In this document: piece after piece, positions 9,886-19,625 of the stretch
How the letters are laid out: every line of letters begins with the position of its first letter
How positions within the stretch are numbered: position 1 is the first letter of the stretch
NCBI GenBank assembly: GCA_937949725.1
Contig: CALECT010000032.1
Location: 576 to 64,575 of the forward strand
Direction of reading: 5' to 3'
Origin: an uncultured Pseudanabaenaceae cyanobacterium
Lineage (GTDB): Bacteria; Cyanobacteriota; Cyanobacteriia; PCC-9006; JAAUQQ01
DNA: 64,000 nucleotides
Program-made: the position numbers and the translations under genes
The notes under the pieces: model-generated
What the model was told of the DNA's origin: nothing
The model's input: the letters and a program-made list of their open reading frames with translations, nothing else
Databases searched by the model: none

Positions 9886-10575
9886 ATGACTAGAACTATT
9901 ACCCACGTCATTTTTGATCTTGATGGACTGTTGCTGAATACGGAGTCCATTCATGAAGCGGTCAATCAAATCGTTGCTCAGCGCTATGGCAAGGTCTACA
10001 GCGCTGATGTAAAGGCCCAGGTGGTCGGCAAGCGAGCCTTGGAGTCGTCCCAGGCCTTTGTAGATGCAGCGGGGTTACCGCTCACGGCAGAGGATTGCTT
10101 GGCGGCTCGCTATGAGTTGCTGTGGGCGCGTTATGGCGACGCAGAGCTGATGCCGGGGGCGCAGCGGCTGACGGCGCATTTGCAGCAGACGGGAGTGCCT
10201 ATGGCGATCGCCACCAGCTCCCACCAGAAGAATTTTGAGATGAAGACGGAACGTCACCAGGACTGGCTGGGTCTGTTTGATTTAATTGTCCGGGGGGATG
10301 ATGACGCGCTTAAGGCGGGCAAGCCTGCGCCGGATATTTTTCTGTTGGCGGCCCAGCGTTTGGGGGCCAATCCTGAAACTTGTCTGGTGTTTGAGGATTC
10401 GCCTGCGGGGTTGGAGGCGGCGCGACGAGCGGGCATGGCGGTGGTGATGGTGCCAGACCCTGATTTGCCGCGATCGCTGTTCTCAGATGCTGATGCGGTG
10501 CTGGAGAGTCTGCTCCAGTTTGAGCCAGAGGCTTGGGGCTTACCGGCGTATGAAGAGTCCATAACCTCTCATTAA
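9886..10575 (+). CDS. HAD-superfamily hydrolase (subfamily IA)
   Basis: FDLDGLL, ATSS, GKPAPDIF and VFEDS motifs. Confidence 0.92.
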   Translation: MTRTITHVIFDLDGLLLNTESIHEAVNQIVAQRYGKVYSADVKAQVVGKRALESSQAFVDAAGLPLTAEDCLAARYELLWARYGDAELMPGAQRLTAHLQQTGVPMAIATSSHQKNFEMKTERHQDWLGLFDLIVRGDDDALKAGKPAPDIFLLAAQRLGANPETCLVFEDSPAGLEAARRAGMAVVMVPDPDLPRSLFSDADAVLESLLQFEPEAWGLPAYEESITSH

Positions 10576-10677
10576 TCGCTGAGCGAAGTCAGGAGAATCG
10601 ACCATAATTAAATGACAGGTCAGTTCTATGGGCGGTCCTGGTAAGGCGATGTTTGGCGACTTCGATTTCCATAACCC

Positions 10678-10998
10678 ATGTTTCTAAAACAGGGCAGAGA
10701 GCTGTTGAGCTCCCTGGCATATGTCTGGGAGACAAGCCCCTATTTATTTATTGAGTTGCTGCTGCTAATGGCAGGGGCATTGTCTGTGGTGCTAGCGCTG
10801 GTGCTGGGCTATGTTTGGCCATTTGGATTTTTAGCACTGCTGTTTTTTATGACTTATTGCCTCGCTTTGTTGGTGCGGGAGACGATGATGCCTAGCGCTC
10901 GGCAGCGATGGCATCGCCTGGGGGCAGTGGCTTGTTTTGGGGTTTGTTTGTTGCTGCTGCTGAATTTTGTGCGGTTGTATATAGAGGCCTATGGCTAG
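10678..10998 (+). CDS. Hypothetical membrane protein
   Basis: 106 aa with three hydrophobic helices. Confidence 0.6.
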   Translation: MFLKQGRELLSSLAYVWETSPYLFIELLLLMAGALSVVLALVLGYVWPFGFLALLFFMTYCLALLVRETMMPSARQRWHRLGAVACFGVCLLLLLNFVRLYIEAYG

Positions 10999-12191
10999 GC
11001 TGCGTTGTTGCTTGAGCTGACGATTTCGTTGTAGTGGCCTTGGAGGGTTTGGGCGATCGCTTCCCAGCCATAGCGATCGGCAGCACAATGAATGGCATTC
11101 TGACCGCGAATTTCCCGTTCTGCTGGGTTCTTGATGGCGTTGCGGAGCTGTTCGGTGAGGCTCTCGACGGTACATTCGTGGACCCAGCCCGATTCGGTTG
11201 CGGTTACATCTTTGTGGATATCGACGCCGTTGGAGAGGACGGGGGGAACGCCTGCGGCGAGGGCTTCGGCGGCGGCGATGCCAAAGTTTTCGTAGTAGGA
11301 GGGGAGGACGAAGAGGTCACTGAGGGTGAGGAGGGCGCGTTTGCGATCGCCCCTAACAAAGCCAGTCTTGGTGACGTGGTCTTTGAGGTTGGAGTTATCG
11401 ATTTGGTCGTAGATACTCTGTTCGTAGGCGGGGTCTTGGGGGTTGCCGCCTGCAAGGATAAGGTGGAATTCGAGGCCTTCGTTGATGAGTTGTTGGAGGG
11501 CCGGGAGGAAGAGGTCGAAGCCTTTTTTGGGTGCAATGCGGGAGAGGAAGAGGAGGAGGGGGCGATCTGTGGGTAAATCGTATTCTAATCTCAGTTGCTC
11601 AGGCAAGTCTTGATCTTGCAGGTCGGGGAGGGTGACGCCGATGGGGAGGATGAAGTCTTTGGGGCTGTGGCCGAAGCGTTCGGAGGTTTGTTGCTCTTTG
11701 AGGCTGGTGAAGTGGAGGGCTGCGCAGCCGCCGATGTTGGGGGCTTCGAGGAGGGTCGCGTAGAGTTTTTTGGCGAGGGCTTTCTTTTTTAGATCTGTTG
11801 GATCTAGGGTACCGAGGGGGCGAAGGATGTAGGGGAGGCCTGCTTTGCGGCAGGTTTTGGCCGCTATGCTGCTGAGGGGGGAGAAGAGGGCATGGATGTG
11901 GGCGATGTCGTAGTTATGGGCGTTGGCTTTGAGCCATTGGATGAGGGGGGCAGAGTATTTGTAGCGTTTGAAGGGGGCGCAGGGGTAGTAGCGGATGTTG
12001 TAGCCATCCTGTTCGACGGGTTGGTTGAGGGGGACGTCGAGGGGGGCTTGGCCGTTGTCGCCGTTGCTGGTGGTGGTGAGGATGGTGACTTCGTGGCCTT
12101 GGGCGGCTAGGGCGGCGCTGAGGCCTCGGACCATTTGGCTGGGGCCACCGTAGATGAGGGAGATGGAGGGGATGATTTGGAGGATTTTCAC
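10995..12191 (-). CDS. hpsP: GT4 glycosyltransferase, hormogonium polysaccharide HpsP-like
   Basis: MKILQIIPSISLIYGGPSQMV N-terminus, LPSYYENFG motif, and synteny with hpsO/hpsN. Confidence 0.85.
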   Translation of the reverse strand: MKILQIIPSISLIYGGPSQMVRGLSAALAAQGHEVTILTTTSNGDNGQAPLDVPLNQPVEQDGYNIRYYPCAPFKRYKYSAPLIQWLKANAHNYDIAHIHALFSPLSSIAAKTCRKAGLPYILRPLGTLDPTDLKKKALAKKLYATLLEAPNIGGCAALHFTSLKEQQTSERFGHSPKDFILPIGVTLPDLQDQDLPEQLRLEYDLPTDRPLLLFLSRIAPKKGFDLFLPALQQLINEGLEFHLILAGGNPQDPAYEQSIYDQIDNSNLKDHVTKTGFVRGDRKRALLTLSDLFVLPSYYENFGIAAAEALAAGVPPVLSNGVDIHKDVTATESGWVHECTVESLTEQLRNAIKNPAEREIRGQNAIHCAADRYGWEAIAQTLQGHYNEIVSSSNNAA

Positions 12192-12302
12192 GGTGCTTTG
12201 CCTGGGCCTTTGGCCTAGGAGTTGTGGTGGTTTTAGCTTGGCTGATTAGGCCTGTCGAACCATGAGGGCCAGCCCTCCCAGAAAATTTTAGGGCCCGCCG
12301 AT

Positions 12303-12341
12303 GGGGACGCTTCGTCCCCCTACGGGTTACCCCCTCCTACA
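12303..12341. repeat. GTAG-tagged REP-like palindrome
   Basis: GGGGACG-CTT-CGTCCCC hairpin followed by CTAC, then a second CCCCCTCCTAC. Confidence 0.55.
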
Positions 12342-12526
12342 ACGGTGTCGGAGTTTGAGTTGATCGGTTAGGCGGCCTCTTGTCTCATTGGTTCGCGTTA
12401 CCACCCTGGGTTCAAGTAGCCTGTTAGGTCTGCTGCTACGCAGTCACAACAGGGCTGGCGAGGTTGTTCATTGACTTCAGGGTTGGTGAGGTTGTTTATT
12501 TTCTGCACCTAATTAACTTTTGCCAA

Positions 12527-12565
12527 CGTCCCCCCTCGCCTTTAGGAGAGGGGCCGGGGGAGAGG
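12527..12565. repeat. Solo arm of the DUF559-associated palindromic element
   Basis: CGTCCCCCCTCGCCTTTAGGAGAGGGGCCGGGGGAGAGG closely matches the right arms at 26526-26564, 27124-27162 and 27347-27385. Confidence 0.8.
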
Positions 12566-12578
12566 CCTCTTGTCTCCT

Positions 12579-13799
12579 CTAAGCCATCGCCTCACCGCCA
12601 ATAGTTGCTTCTACACCCTCGGTCAAAAGCTCCTCATAAAACCGCAACTGCTCTTTCGCTAAAGCAGTGTTGGTATAGCGCTTCATGGCTTTCTCATAGC
12701 CGCGCTGTCCAATCTTCTTGGCTAGGCCTGGTTGGGTCATGAGACGGTGTAGGCGTTCACGCAACTCTTCTACGTTGCCTTCGGGGAAGACCATGCCCGC
12801 TTCACCAATCACGTTGGGGATTTCGCCGGAGTCGGAGCCAATGACGGGGATAGCGCTGCCCATGCCTTCGATGATGACGTGGCCAAATTGCTCTTTCCAG
12901 CCTGCTGCGGTCAGCGTCTTAAATTCGTAGGTGGTTTCGGAGGGGAGGAGGAGGGTGCTCATCAGGTTGATGTAGCGGGGGACGTCGGCGTGGGGGACGC
13001 TTTCAATCAAGATCAGGCGATCTTCCAGGTCTTCGTCTTTAGCCCATTGCTTCAGCTCAGCTTCGAGGGGACCACGGCCGAGGATGAGCCATTTCCAGTT
13101 TTGGTCTTTGAGGCCTGCCAGGGATTTGGCGAGGGTCATGAGGCCTTTCTCTGGGACAAAGCGACCGACGAAACCGACGATGAAGTCGGTCTCGCTGATG
13201 TCGTATTTCTGCATCAGGTCGGGCTGCTGCTGGGGCTTGAAGATGCTTTCGTCGATGCCCAGTTGGGGCATGATTTTCATGGGGTTGTGGTAATTGCGAT
13301 CGCGCAATACATCAAATCCATCCTTGTTCCCCACAACCACACCATCGGTATTGTTCAGGTTGTAGGCTTCCAAAGTTGAAATGGGGAACTTCAGCTCATA
13401 GGACATGTTCCACCAGGTGAAGAACAGCATCTTGGCTTTCAGGCCCAGCAGTTTGTTCAACGTGATCAGCTGGGCGTAGGCGATGGATTTGGCACCTTGC
13501 TCAACTTGGATGACATCGGGGCGGAAGTTTTTGAGGAGCTTGACGAGGTCCCAGCCAAAGCTGAGCATGCCCTGGTTGTTTTCGCTAAAGTTGCTGATGG
13601 GGACGATGCGGAAGTTGTCTTCGACCTTGGCCTCGGGTTCGATGATTTTATTTTGCACGCCGCCGGGTCGCCAACGCTTAGGGACGACGACAGTAACTTC
13701 CACGGGCTCGCCGTTGCGGCTATTGAGCTTGGCGAGTTCGCGCAGCTTTTCGCAGTTGAGGTCAACGATATAGGTGTGGCTGACGACGAGGATTTTCAT
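12579..13799 (-). CDS. hpsO: GT4 glycosyltransferase, HpsO-like
   Basis: Probable start is MKILVVSHTYIVDLNCEKL at 13799, with the WKEQFGHVIIE motif. The ORF-track N-terminal extension runs into a REP element. Confidence 0.85.
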   Translation of the reverse strand: MKILVVSHTYIVDLNCEKLRELAKLNSRNGEPVEVTVVVPKRWRPGGVQNKIIEPEAKVEDNFRIVPISNFSENNQGMLSFGWDLVKLLKNFRPDVIQVEQGAKSIAYAQLITLNKLLGLKAKMLFFTWWNMSYELKFPISTLEAYNLNNTDGVVVGNKDGFDVLRDRNYHNPMKIMPQLGIDESIFKPQQQPDLMQKYDISETDFIVGFVGRFVPEKGLMTLAKSLAGLKDQNWKWLILGRGPLEAELKQWAKDEDLEDRLILIESVPHADVPRYINLMSTLLLPSETTYEFKTLTAAGWKEQFGHVIIEGMGSAIPVIGSDSGEIPNVIGEAGMVFPEGNVEELRERLHRLMTQPGLAKKIGQRGYEKAMKRYTNTALAKEQLRFYEELLTEGVEATIGGEAMA

Positions 13800-13872
13800 C
13801 GGAGTTGTTGAAGTGGATGTTCGTGGTGGTGGATGCGGGGTGGGTGGCGATCGCAAATTGTGTTCATGCACC

Positions 13873-14021
13873 GTAGGGGCGGGTTTAGCCAACGCCTAAA
13901 TAACCCATTAGGTTAATCTCGCCAAAACCCGCCCGGCTCAAGCAACCGCCCCAGGCATGAACGCGTTTTGATTAGAGGTTAGTTTCTTGAGAGCCACAGA
14001 TATCGCCTAAACCCGCCCATA
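13873..14021. repeat. GTAG-type REP/REPIN-like inverted repeat
   Basis: GTAGGGGCGGGTTTAG at 13873, with inverted AAACCCGCCC copies at 13925-13934 and 14009-14018. Confidence 0.65.
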
Positions 14022-14031
14022 AGGGGCTGTC

Positions 14032-15078
14032 TTATTTGCCAAACAGGGGGTCTTGGCGACTATTGACCTGGCCATGGTCCCAAATGGACTTAACTTGAGT
14101 GGCAGCAGCCTTAAAGAAACCCAGGCTGTAGAACGCGCCACGCACAAGGGTCTTCTTCAATGACGGACTCTTATTGCAAGGAGCATGGCCAAGAACATGG
14201 CAGTCGAACAGCTTGGCAAAAAAACGCAGGTTTTGCCCCAGGCTCAGATTCTTGAGGCCCATCAAAAAGTGGTTGTGGTAGAAGGTGAGCTGGTACTTAA
14301 GTGACTTAGTACTCACATCATGGCACCCCCCACTCTCCTCACCCAGATGAACCAACTCTGCAGCCGGGGCATACCAAATCTGGTAGCCCGTCTTGCGGAT
14401 GCGCAGGCAAAAGTCCGACTCTTCGCGGATGGCGCTACCGCCGAAGCGTTCGTCGAAGAAGACGCCGTGCTTGTAGAAGATTTCGCGGCGGAAGGACATG
14501 TTGCAACCCCGCGCTGTGAGGACACGCTGGGGTTTGACGGTATGGACCAAATCCATGTGGTACCAGGCAATGCCGGGATCCATGGCTTCGGGAGGTAGGT
14601 CTTCAATCACTCGCCCGCTGGTAGACTCGTTGCCGCAGCAACCTTCTGTTGCTGCTGTTTTGGCTTGGGCTGCGTCTTCTCGCTTAGCATCGGCGAGCTT
14701 CATGCGGTCCAGGACGCGCCCGGCTACAGCGCCCACTTCAGGCTTATCGAGGAAAACCTGGGCATGGGTTTTGAGGAAGCTCGATTCCAAGACAACATCG
14801 TCATCCAGGAACAGCATGATGTCCCCCTTGGCCCGGCGGACAGCGTAGTTGCGCGCGCCGGGGAGGCTGGCCCAGTCGAGGGTGAAAAGCTTGATTTCGC
14901 CCGCACCAGCTACTTGGTCCAGGTAGAGCTGGACTTCCTCGTTGTGGTTGGGCTTTTGGTCCACTACGAGGATTTCAAAGTTTGGATAGTCCTGGGCGAT
15001 CGCATCTCTAATGCTGTCGCGCAGGGCCTCTTCCCGACCGTAGGTGGGAATGATGACGGAAATAAACGGCCAGTCCAT
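14032..15078 (-). CDS. hpsN: GT2 glycosyltransferase, HpsN-like
   Basis: ISVIIPTYGREEAL, FLDDD, GCNMSFRR and EESDFC motifs, first gene of the hpsNOP cluster. Confidence 0.85.
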   Translation of the reverse strand: MDWPFISVIIPTYGREEALRDSIRDAIAQDYPNFEILVVDQKPNHNEEVQLYLDQVAGAGEIKLFTLDWASLPGARNYAVRRAKGDIMLFLDDDVVLESSFLKTHAQVFLDKPEVGAVAGRVLDRMKLADAKREDAAQAKTAATEGCCGNESTSGRVIEDLPPEAMDPGIAWYHMDLVHTVKPQRVLTARGCNMSFRREIFYKHGVFFDERFGGSAIREESDFCLRIRKTGYQIWYAPAAELVHLGEESGGCHDVSTKSLKYQLTFYHNHFLMGLKNLSLGQNLRFFAKLFDCHVLGHAPCNKSPSLKKTLVRGAFYSLGFFKAAATQVKSIWDHGQVNSRQDPLFGK

Positions 15079-15403
15079 GGGGATGCTGCTACTGCTGGGA
15101 TGGGCGGTTGATATGGCAGTCAGAATGGGCCGATGCAGAGTTTCATCGCCGTTCTAATTGACACCCTTGGTTCATAGAATGCACGAAAGCGCTGGGGTTG
15201 TATCACTCTGGGGACAAAATGCTGCTGTTTGGCGGGTTTGTGGGCTGGGGTGTTTCAATCTTTGAATGCTGTGGGCATAGCTAGGCTAGGGTGATCGGCT
15301 TGGGTCAACACCAGGCTGGCGGAAGCGATAAATCCGTCTTGGGCCCCAGCGTCTGTCCAGTTTGGGAGCATGAGCCACTTAAAGCGATGGTGAGTTCTGA
15401 GCG

Positions 15404-16447
15404 ATGTCGAAGAAGATTGAGTGGATTGCTCCTTTAAAGGGCATCGGCATTTTGGCAGTGGTAGCGGGTCATGTATACAGCGGCGATCTCCAAGCGCTGA
15501 TTTTTGTGTTTCACATGCCGCTATTTTTCTTTGTGGGTGGATTCTTGCTGAAACCGAAGACCCATTATCTAGAAAATCTGAAGCATAAAGCTGTGGTGCT
15601 ACTCGTTCCCTATGCGTCTTTTCTGTCTTTGTTGTATGGCGCTCAAGTTCTAAAAAGACTTGTGGCTAACCCAGATTTTTCCATTGCAAACTTAGTCCAA
15701 CTCGCATTGCAGCCCCTGTTTGCAGGTCATTTGTTTTTGGGTATCACCTCAGTGTTTTGGTTCACGGGCTGTTTCTTCCTCACTCAGCAGCTTGCCAACT
15801 ATCTTGTGAGTAAGCTGCCGATGAAGACACTGTGGCTAATCATCACAGTGTTTTTGGGCGCTAGCTACGGCAATTACCTTTGGTTTCCGACGCTGCGGTT
15901 GCCTTGGAGTTTGAATGTTCTTTTGGGTGCAACGCCGATTTATCTCCTGGGCTTTCTCTTTGCCCAGGTTTCGTCACGGAGGCGGTATTACCTTGCGGCT
16001 TTGCCCATTTGCATTGTCACGGCGTTCTATATTTTTGGAGACCTTGTGTTGAGCGGCTCTTACGGGTCTTTGCCCTATGACATGAAGTTTGGCATCTATG
16101 GGATTCCTGGGCTAAGCCTGATTGCTGCCCTGGGTATCGTTGTGGCGCTGATTGGACTGTGTGAGCAAGCGGTGGTTTGGACACCTCGCTTGGCTGGAGG
16201 CTTTGCTTATATAGGCAATGCTTCCATGGTCATTATGTATGTCCATGTGCCGTTTCTGTTTGTGCTGATGGGCTGGGTTGCATCCCACGAACTGCTTACG
16301 CTGCTGTCTTTAGTGGGGTCTCTGGTTACCCAAGCGCTGCTGCAGAGATCGCAATGGGGCCGTGCTTTCTTTCTGGGCTCCAGTGCTGACCTCGCCAGCG
16401 TGACTCAAAACTGGCCGAGTCCGAGGAAGCTGTTGAAGCTGACCTGA
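15404..16447 (+). CDS. Acyltransferase family 3 (membrane O-acyltransferase)
   Basis: IEWIAPLKGIGILAVVAGH and FHMPLFFFVGG motifs, multi-pass. Confidence 0.88.
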   Translation: MSKKIEWIAPLKGIGILAVVAGHVYSGDLQALIFVFHMPLFFFVGGFLLKPKTHYLENLKHKAVVLLVPYASFLSLLYGAQVLKRLVANPDFSIANLVQLALQPLFAGHLFLGITSVFWFTGCFFLTQQLANYLVSKLPMKTLWLIITVFLGASYGNYLWFPTLRLPWSLNVLLGATPIYLLGFLFAQVSSRRRYYLAALPICIVTAFYIFGDLVLSGSYGSLPYDMKFGIYGIPGLSLIAALGIVVALIGLCEQAVVWTPRLAGGFAYIGNASMVIMYVHVPFLFVLMGWVASHELLTLLSLVGSLVTQALLQRSQWGRAFFLGSSADLASVTQNWPSPRKLLKLT

Positions 16448-16618
16448 ACCGATTACTGTTTCAAGTTTGTAATGGCGAGTAGTAGGTCATGGTCATAGGT
16501 AATGGACCTCAGCAGGACTGCTCCTGCTACCTATGACCTGCTGAACCTAAATCTAGCCCTGATAGACGACTCGTTCCTCTGGCGAGATCGCGGATGTGTT
16601 TCTGCCTGTCCACTGACA

Positions 16619-17164
16619 TCAATCTGTGCCACCCCAACGCCAGACTGGATTTCCGGCTTCAATGTCTTGATAGAGGATGTTGAGGGTGTAGTCGTTGATG
16701 TCGGAATAGCCGGTCATGTCGAGGATGAAGTCAACATTGCCGTTCTCGAAGCGCATCCGCATGAAACTGGGATTGGGGGAGCCGTTTTCGTCCACGAGGC
16801 CTGCGGTGCCGATGCAGTTGCGGTATTGGGGCTTGAGGCGGGCGCGCCAGGTGGTGCTGAAGCGATCGCTGGCTTCAAATTTGGCTGGGCCTGCAATTTG
16901 GGACAGTTGAGCCACGCCAAAGGCATCGTATCCGCCTTCGCGGTAGGGGCTGGATGTGGTGATGACGGTGACGTTTTTGGGGCAGCTGCCTTCGTCATAG
17001 GCGTCGAGGCTGGAGTAAACCCTGAAGGTCTCGGAGACGGGCTGGGGCACTTCCCCTTGGGCCTGGGCGGGAGCGGAACCAAGGCTGACGATCGCGGCAG
17101 CACCAAGGCTGGCGGTGAGTAATCCTAGGCCAAAGCCCATCATGGCAGTGGGTAGTTGGTCCAT
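16619..17164 (-). CDS. Hypothetical secreted protein
   Basis: Signal-peptide-like N-terminus ending AQA, with an AAAGGAG RBS upstream. Confidence 0.7.
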   Translation of the reverse strand: MDQLPTAMMGFGLGLLTASLGAAAIVSLGSAPAQAQGEVPQPVSETFRVYSSLDAYDEGSCPKNVTVITTSSPYREGGYDAFGVAQLSQIAGPAKFEASDRFSTTWRARLKPQYRNCIGTAGLVDENGSPNPSFMRMRFENGNVDFILDMTGYSDINDYTLNILYQDIEAGNPVWRWGGTD

Positions 17165-17470
17165 CGTCTAGTCTCCTTTCTCGGTGGGCTGCATTTCCCT
17201 GGTGGCTGGGGCAATTGGGTCAGCTTGCCGCTGAAAGAGCAGGCTTGACTGGAGGGCGATCGCCCCAGGCTCCCAATTCAGCGAAGTATCGATTGCCACA
17301 ACTGCCACTGCTTTATTCTCAGGGTAGCTACGGTCTAATGGATAAAACCTTTAGATCCCGTAAGAATTCAGGCCAGCAATTCAGTCAATTCCCAAGATCG
17401 TTTTTGAGAAATGCTGCCCTAGGCGACTGTATCTAGCGGTAATGTCTAGCCCCAACGCGCCTTTTCCCCG

Positions 17471-17821
17471 ATGGACTCAGTATTTGGTTTAGAGATGTTA
17501 TTGATTGCCCTGGGTTGGGGCCTGTTGACGCTGTTGCGGTTGTTGGTGCCCCTCGTGATGCTGGGAGCCGCGATTTGGGCGGCGCGGCGATTGCCGACGG
17601 GGATCGGGAGTGCGTTGATTGTGGGAACGTCGGTGACGCTACTTTGCGCTTTGGCCTCTGCTCTGGTGTTTTCGCCCCTGGGAATGAGCCGAATGAATTT
17701 AGGCGCTGAGGTTTTTAGCTATGTGTCTATGGGCTTGAACATTGTGGGGACGCTGGGCGGTTTGTGCTTTGCAGGGGGATTTGTCGCGCTGGTGCTTTGG
17801 CTGCCTGAGCGGAATCGTTAG
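17471..17821 (+). CDS. Hypothetical membrane protein
   Basis: 116 aa with three hydrophobic segments. Confidence 0.6.
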   Translation: MDSVFGLEMLLIALGWGLLTLLRLLVPLVMLGAAIWAARRLPTGIGSALIVGTSVTLLCALASALVFSPLGMSRMNLGAEVFSYVSMGLNIVGTLGGLCFAGGFVALVLWLPERNR

Positions 17822-17827
17822 GTCGTT

Positions 17828-18421
17828 TTATTCCGCTGTCTTGGCGAGTTTGATCTCCATGGGCTCCGAGCCGTGCCAAATGTGGTGAACGGGCTGGGGC
17901 GCTTGGGCTTGGGGCTGGAGCAGCCAGTCGTTTTTCTGGTTGAGGCTGGCGAGGGAGAGGATGAAGTGGGCCTGTTGCTGGAGCGGGGATGGGTGACCCT
18001 GGGTAAGGGCTGAGGGGGGATTCCCGCATGGAGCGAGGTGCCTCAAGTTTTCACTGTTGCTCCTGTTCCATTGGGTTAGGGCTGGTTTAGGGGCTTGGGG
18101 TCTGGGGGCGTTGGCGATCGCATTTTCCTGGGTGATGCCGTACCAGTTCAGTCGCTGGGGCAAGGCAGGGACATGTTTGAGCAGGCTGATGTTTTTGGGA
18201 TGGGGGGTACGAAGACCAGTGCTGCTATCGTTGGTGGCGCAACTGGTGGCTGTCGCTAAAGGCTGGACAGCAGTTGCTGAAGCAATTGTGCTGTGACCAA
18301 TGGGCGAATCAATGGCGGCGATCGCCCGTTGAACCATTGCGCTGTAAAAGTCTAGATTGAGCAGGCTCGCAGCTCCAAGGCCCACTGCAAAGCCTAGCGT
18401 GGCAGAAAATCGTCGTCCCAT
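17828..18421 (-). CDS. Hypothetical protein, possibly exported
   Basis: N-terminal RR followed by a hydrophobic stretch, 197 aa. Confidence 0.5.
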   Translation of the reverse strand: MGRRFSATLGFAVGLGAASLLNLDFYSAMVQRAIAAIDSPIGHSTIASATAVQPLATATSCATNDSSTGLRTPHPKNISLLKHVPALPQRLNWYGITQENAIANAPRPQAPKPALTQWNRSNSENLRHLAPCGNPPSALTQGHPSPLQQQAHFILSLASLNQKNDWLLQPQAQAPQPVHHIWHGSEPMEIKLAKTAE

Positions 18422-18650
18422 TGGCCTGGCCCCCCGTGAGTTGAGCTGAAAAGATCGCTGCTGAGTAACGCAGTCTTGAACTTATGTTGGCCGATGGCTT
18501 AGCAATTGGCACGGATTTATCTGGGATCTTAAGGATGTCGTGATATTTGAATTTGTAACCAGGCAATTCCGTATTTTTCGTTACGTTCTAGGCGCGCTTT
18601 TGTGGGGATTTGTTAACGATATTGGGCTGGGTCGGGCTCGGGGGAAGGCC

Positions 18651-19514
18651 TTAGCTTCGGGATTGGGCGATGAGGGTGACGCCGCTGAGGATGAGGGCGG
18701 TGGCGGCCAGTTTTTGGGGGAGACGCGATCGCTCCCCAAGCCAAATATAGGAACCGACGAGGCTGACGAGCAGTGAAGCGGTGCGCAGAGGTGTGACGAG
18801 GGAGACTTCGCCGAGGCGGTAGGCCAGGAGGGCAAAGGTGATGGCGAGGCTCCAGGTGAGGCCAGTGATCAGGTAGTCGCGGCGGGGGCCGGTGAGCCAT
18901 TCCTGGTGGAGCTGCTTGAGAGAGATGCGCTCTAAGCCCATGAGGAAGAGGCTTTGTAGGCTCCAATCGATGGCGAGGTAGAGAGGAATATTGAAGTCTC
19001 GGATGAAGAGGACTTCTAGGGTCATGCCGGTGACGAGGAGGGCGACGGCGAGGATGTTGAGGCTGAGGCGTTTGTCGAGCTGGAATTTTCCCCGTTGCAG
19101 TTGCAACACAAGGCTGGAGAGGAGGATGAGGCCTGCGCCGCCGATGCGGGTGGGGGTGAGTTGTTCTTGGAAGACCGCAACGCCGACACCGATCATGAGG
19201 ATGTTGCTGAATTCGTTGAAGATGAGGATTTGGCCGTTGTCTTGGTGTTGGCGCAGGTGGATTTGGCTGCGGTTGAAGAGGGCGTAGCTGATGGAGGACC
19301 CGGCCCAGAGGAGGAGGGCACGGGGGCTGTAGCTGATGGGGGTAGCGGTATCGAGAAGGGGGATGGCGCAGAAGCTGACGGTGGCGGCGACTAGCTGGGT
19401 GAGGATGGTGGCAGCGCCGGGGTTATGGCTGAGGCGGGCGATGCGTTGCTGGTAGTGGGCAAAGGCGGCGCGCAGCAGGATGCAGTAGCTGATGACGGGC
19501 CAGAAGGTGAGCAT
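18651..19514 (-). CDS. EamA/DMT family transporter
   Basis: About 10 TM segments, with FQEQLTPTRIGG and LGERSRLPQKL half-repeat motifs. Confidence 0.8.
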   Translation of the reverse strand: MLTFWPVISYCILLRAAFAHYQQRIARLSHNPGAATILTQLVAATVSFCAIPLLDTATPISYSPRALLLWAGSSISYALFNRSQIHLRQHQDNGQILIFNEFSNILMIGVGVAVFQEQLTPTRIGGAGLILLSSLVLQLQRGKFQLDKRLSLNILAVALLVTGMTLEVLFIRDFNIPLYLAIDWSLQSLFLMGLERISLKQLHQEWLTGPRRDYLITGLTWSLAITFALLAYRLGEVSLVTPLRTASLLVSLVGSYIWLGERSRLPQKLAATALILSGVTLIAQSRS

Positions 19515-19565
19515 GGGGGAGGGGAAACCAGCAGTGGCCCAGTCATTTTAGGCCTAGAGATACGA

Positions 19566-19599
19566 AGACCCTCAGGATTGCTACAAATACTGAGGGTCT
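19566..19599. terminator. Hairpin downstream of the DUF3747-like gene
   Basis: AGACCCTCAG...CTGAGGGTCT 10-bp stem. Confidence 0.5.
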
Positions 19600-19625
19600 A
19601 GCATGGGCTGGACGTATAACTGGGC

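Noticed and set aside
13800-13892. N-terminal extension of hpsO in the ORF track
   Set aside because: It runs into a REP-like element. The family-like start is MKILVVSH at 13799.
16491-16538. Nested inverted repeat as an ncRNA
   Set aside because: It is a single copy between convergent genes, adequately explained as a terminator-like hairpin.
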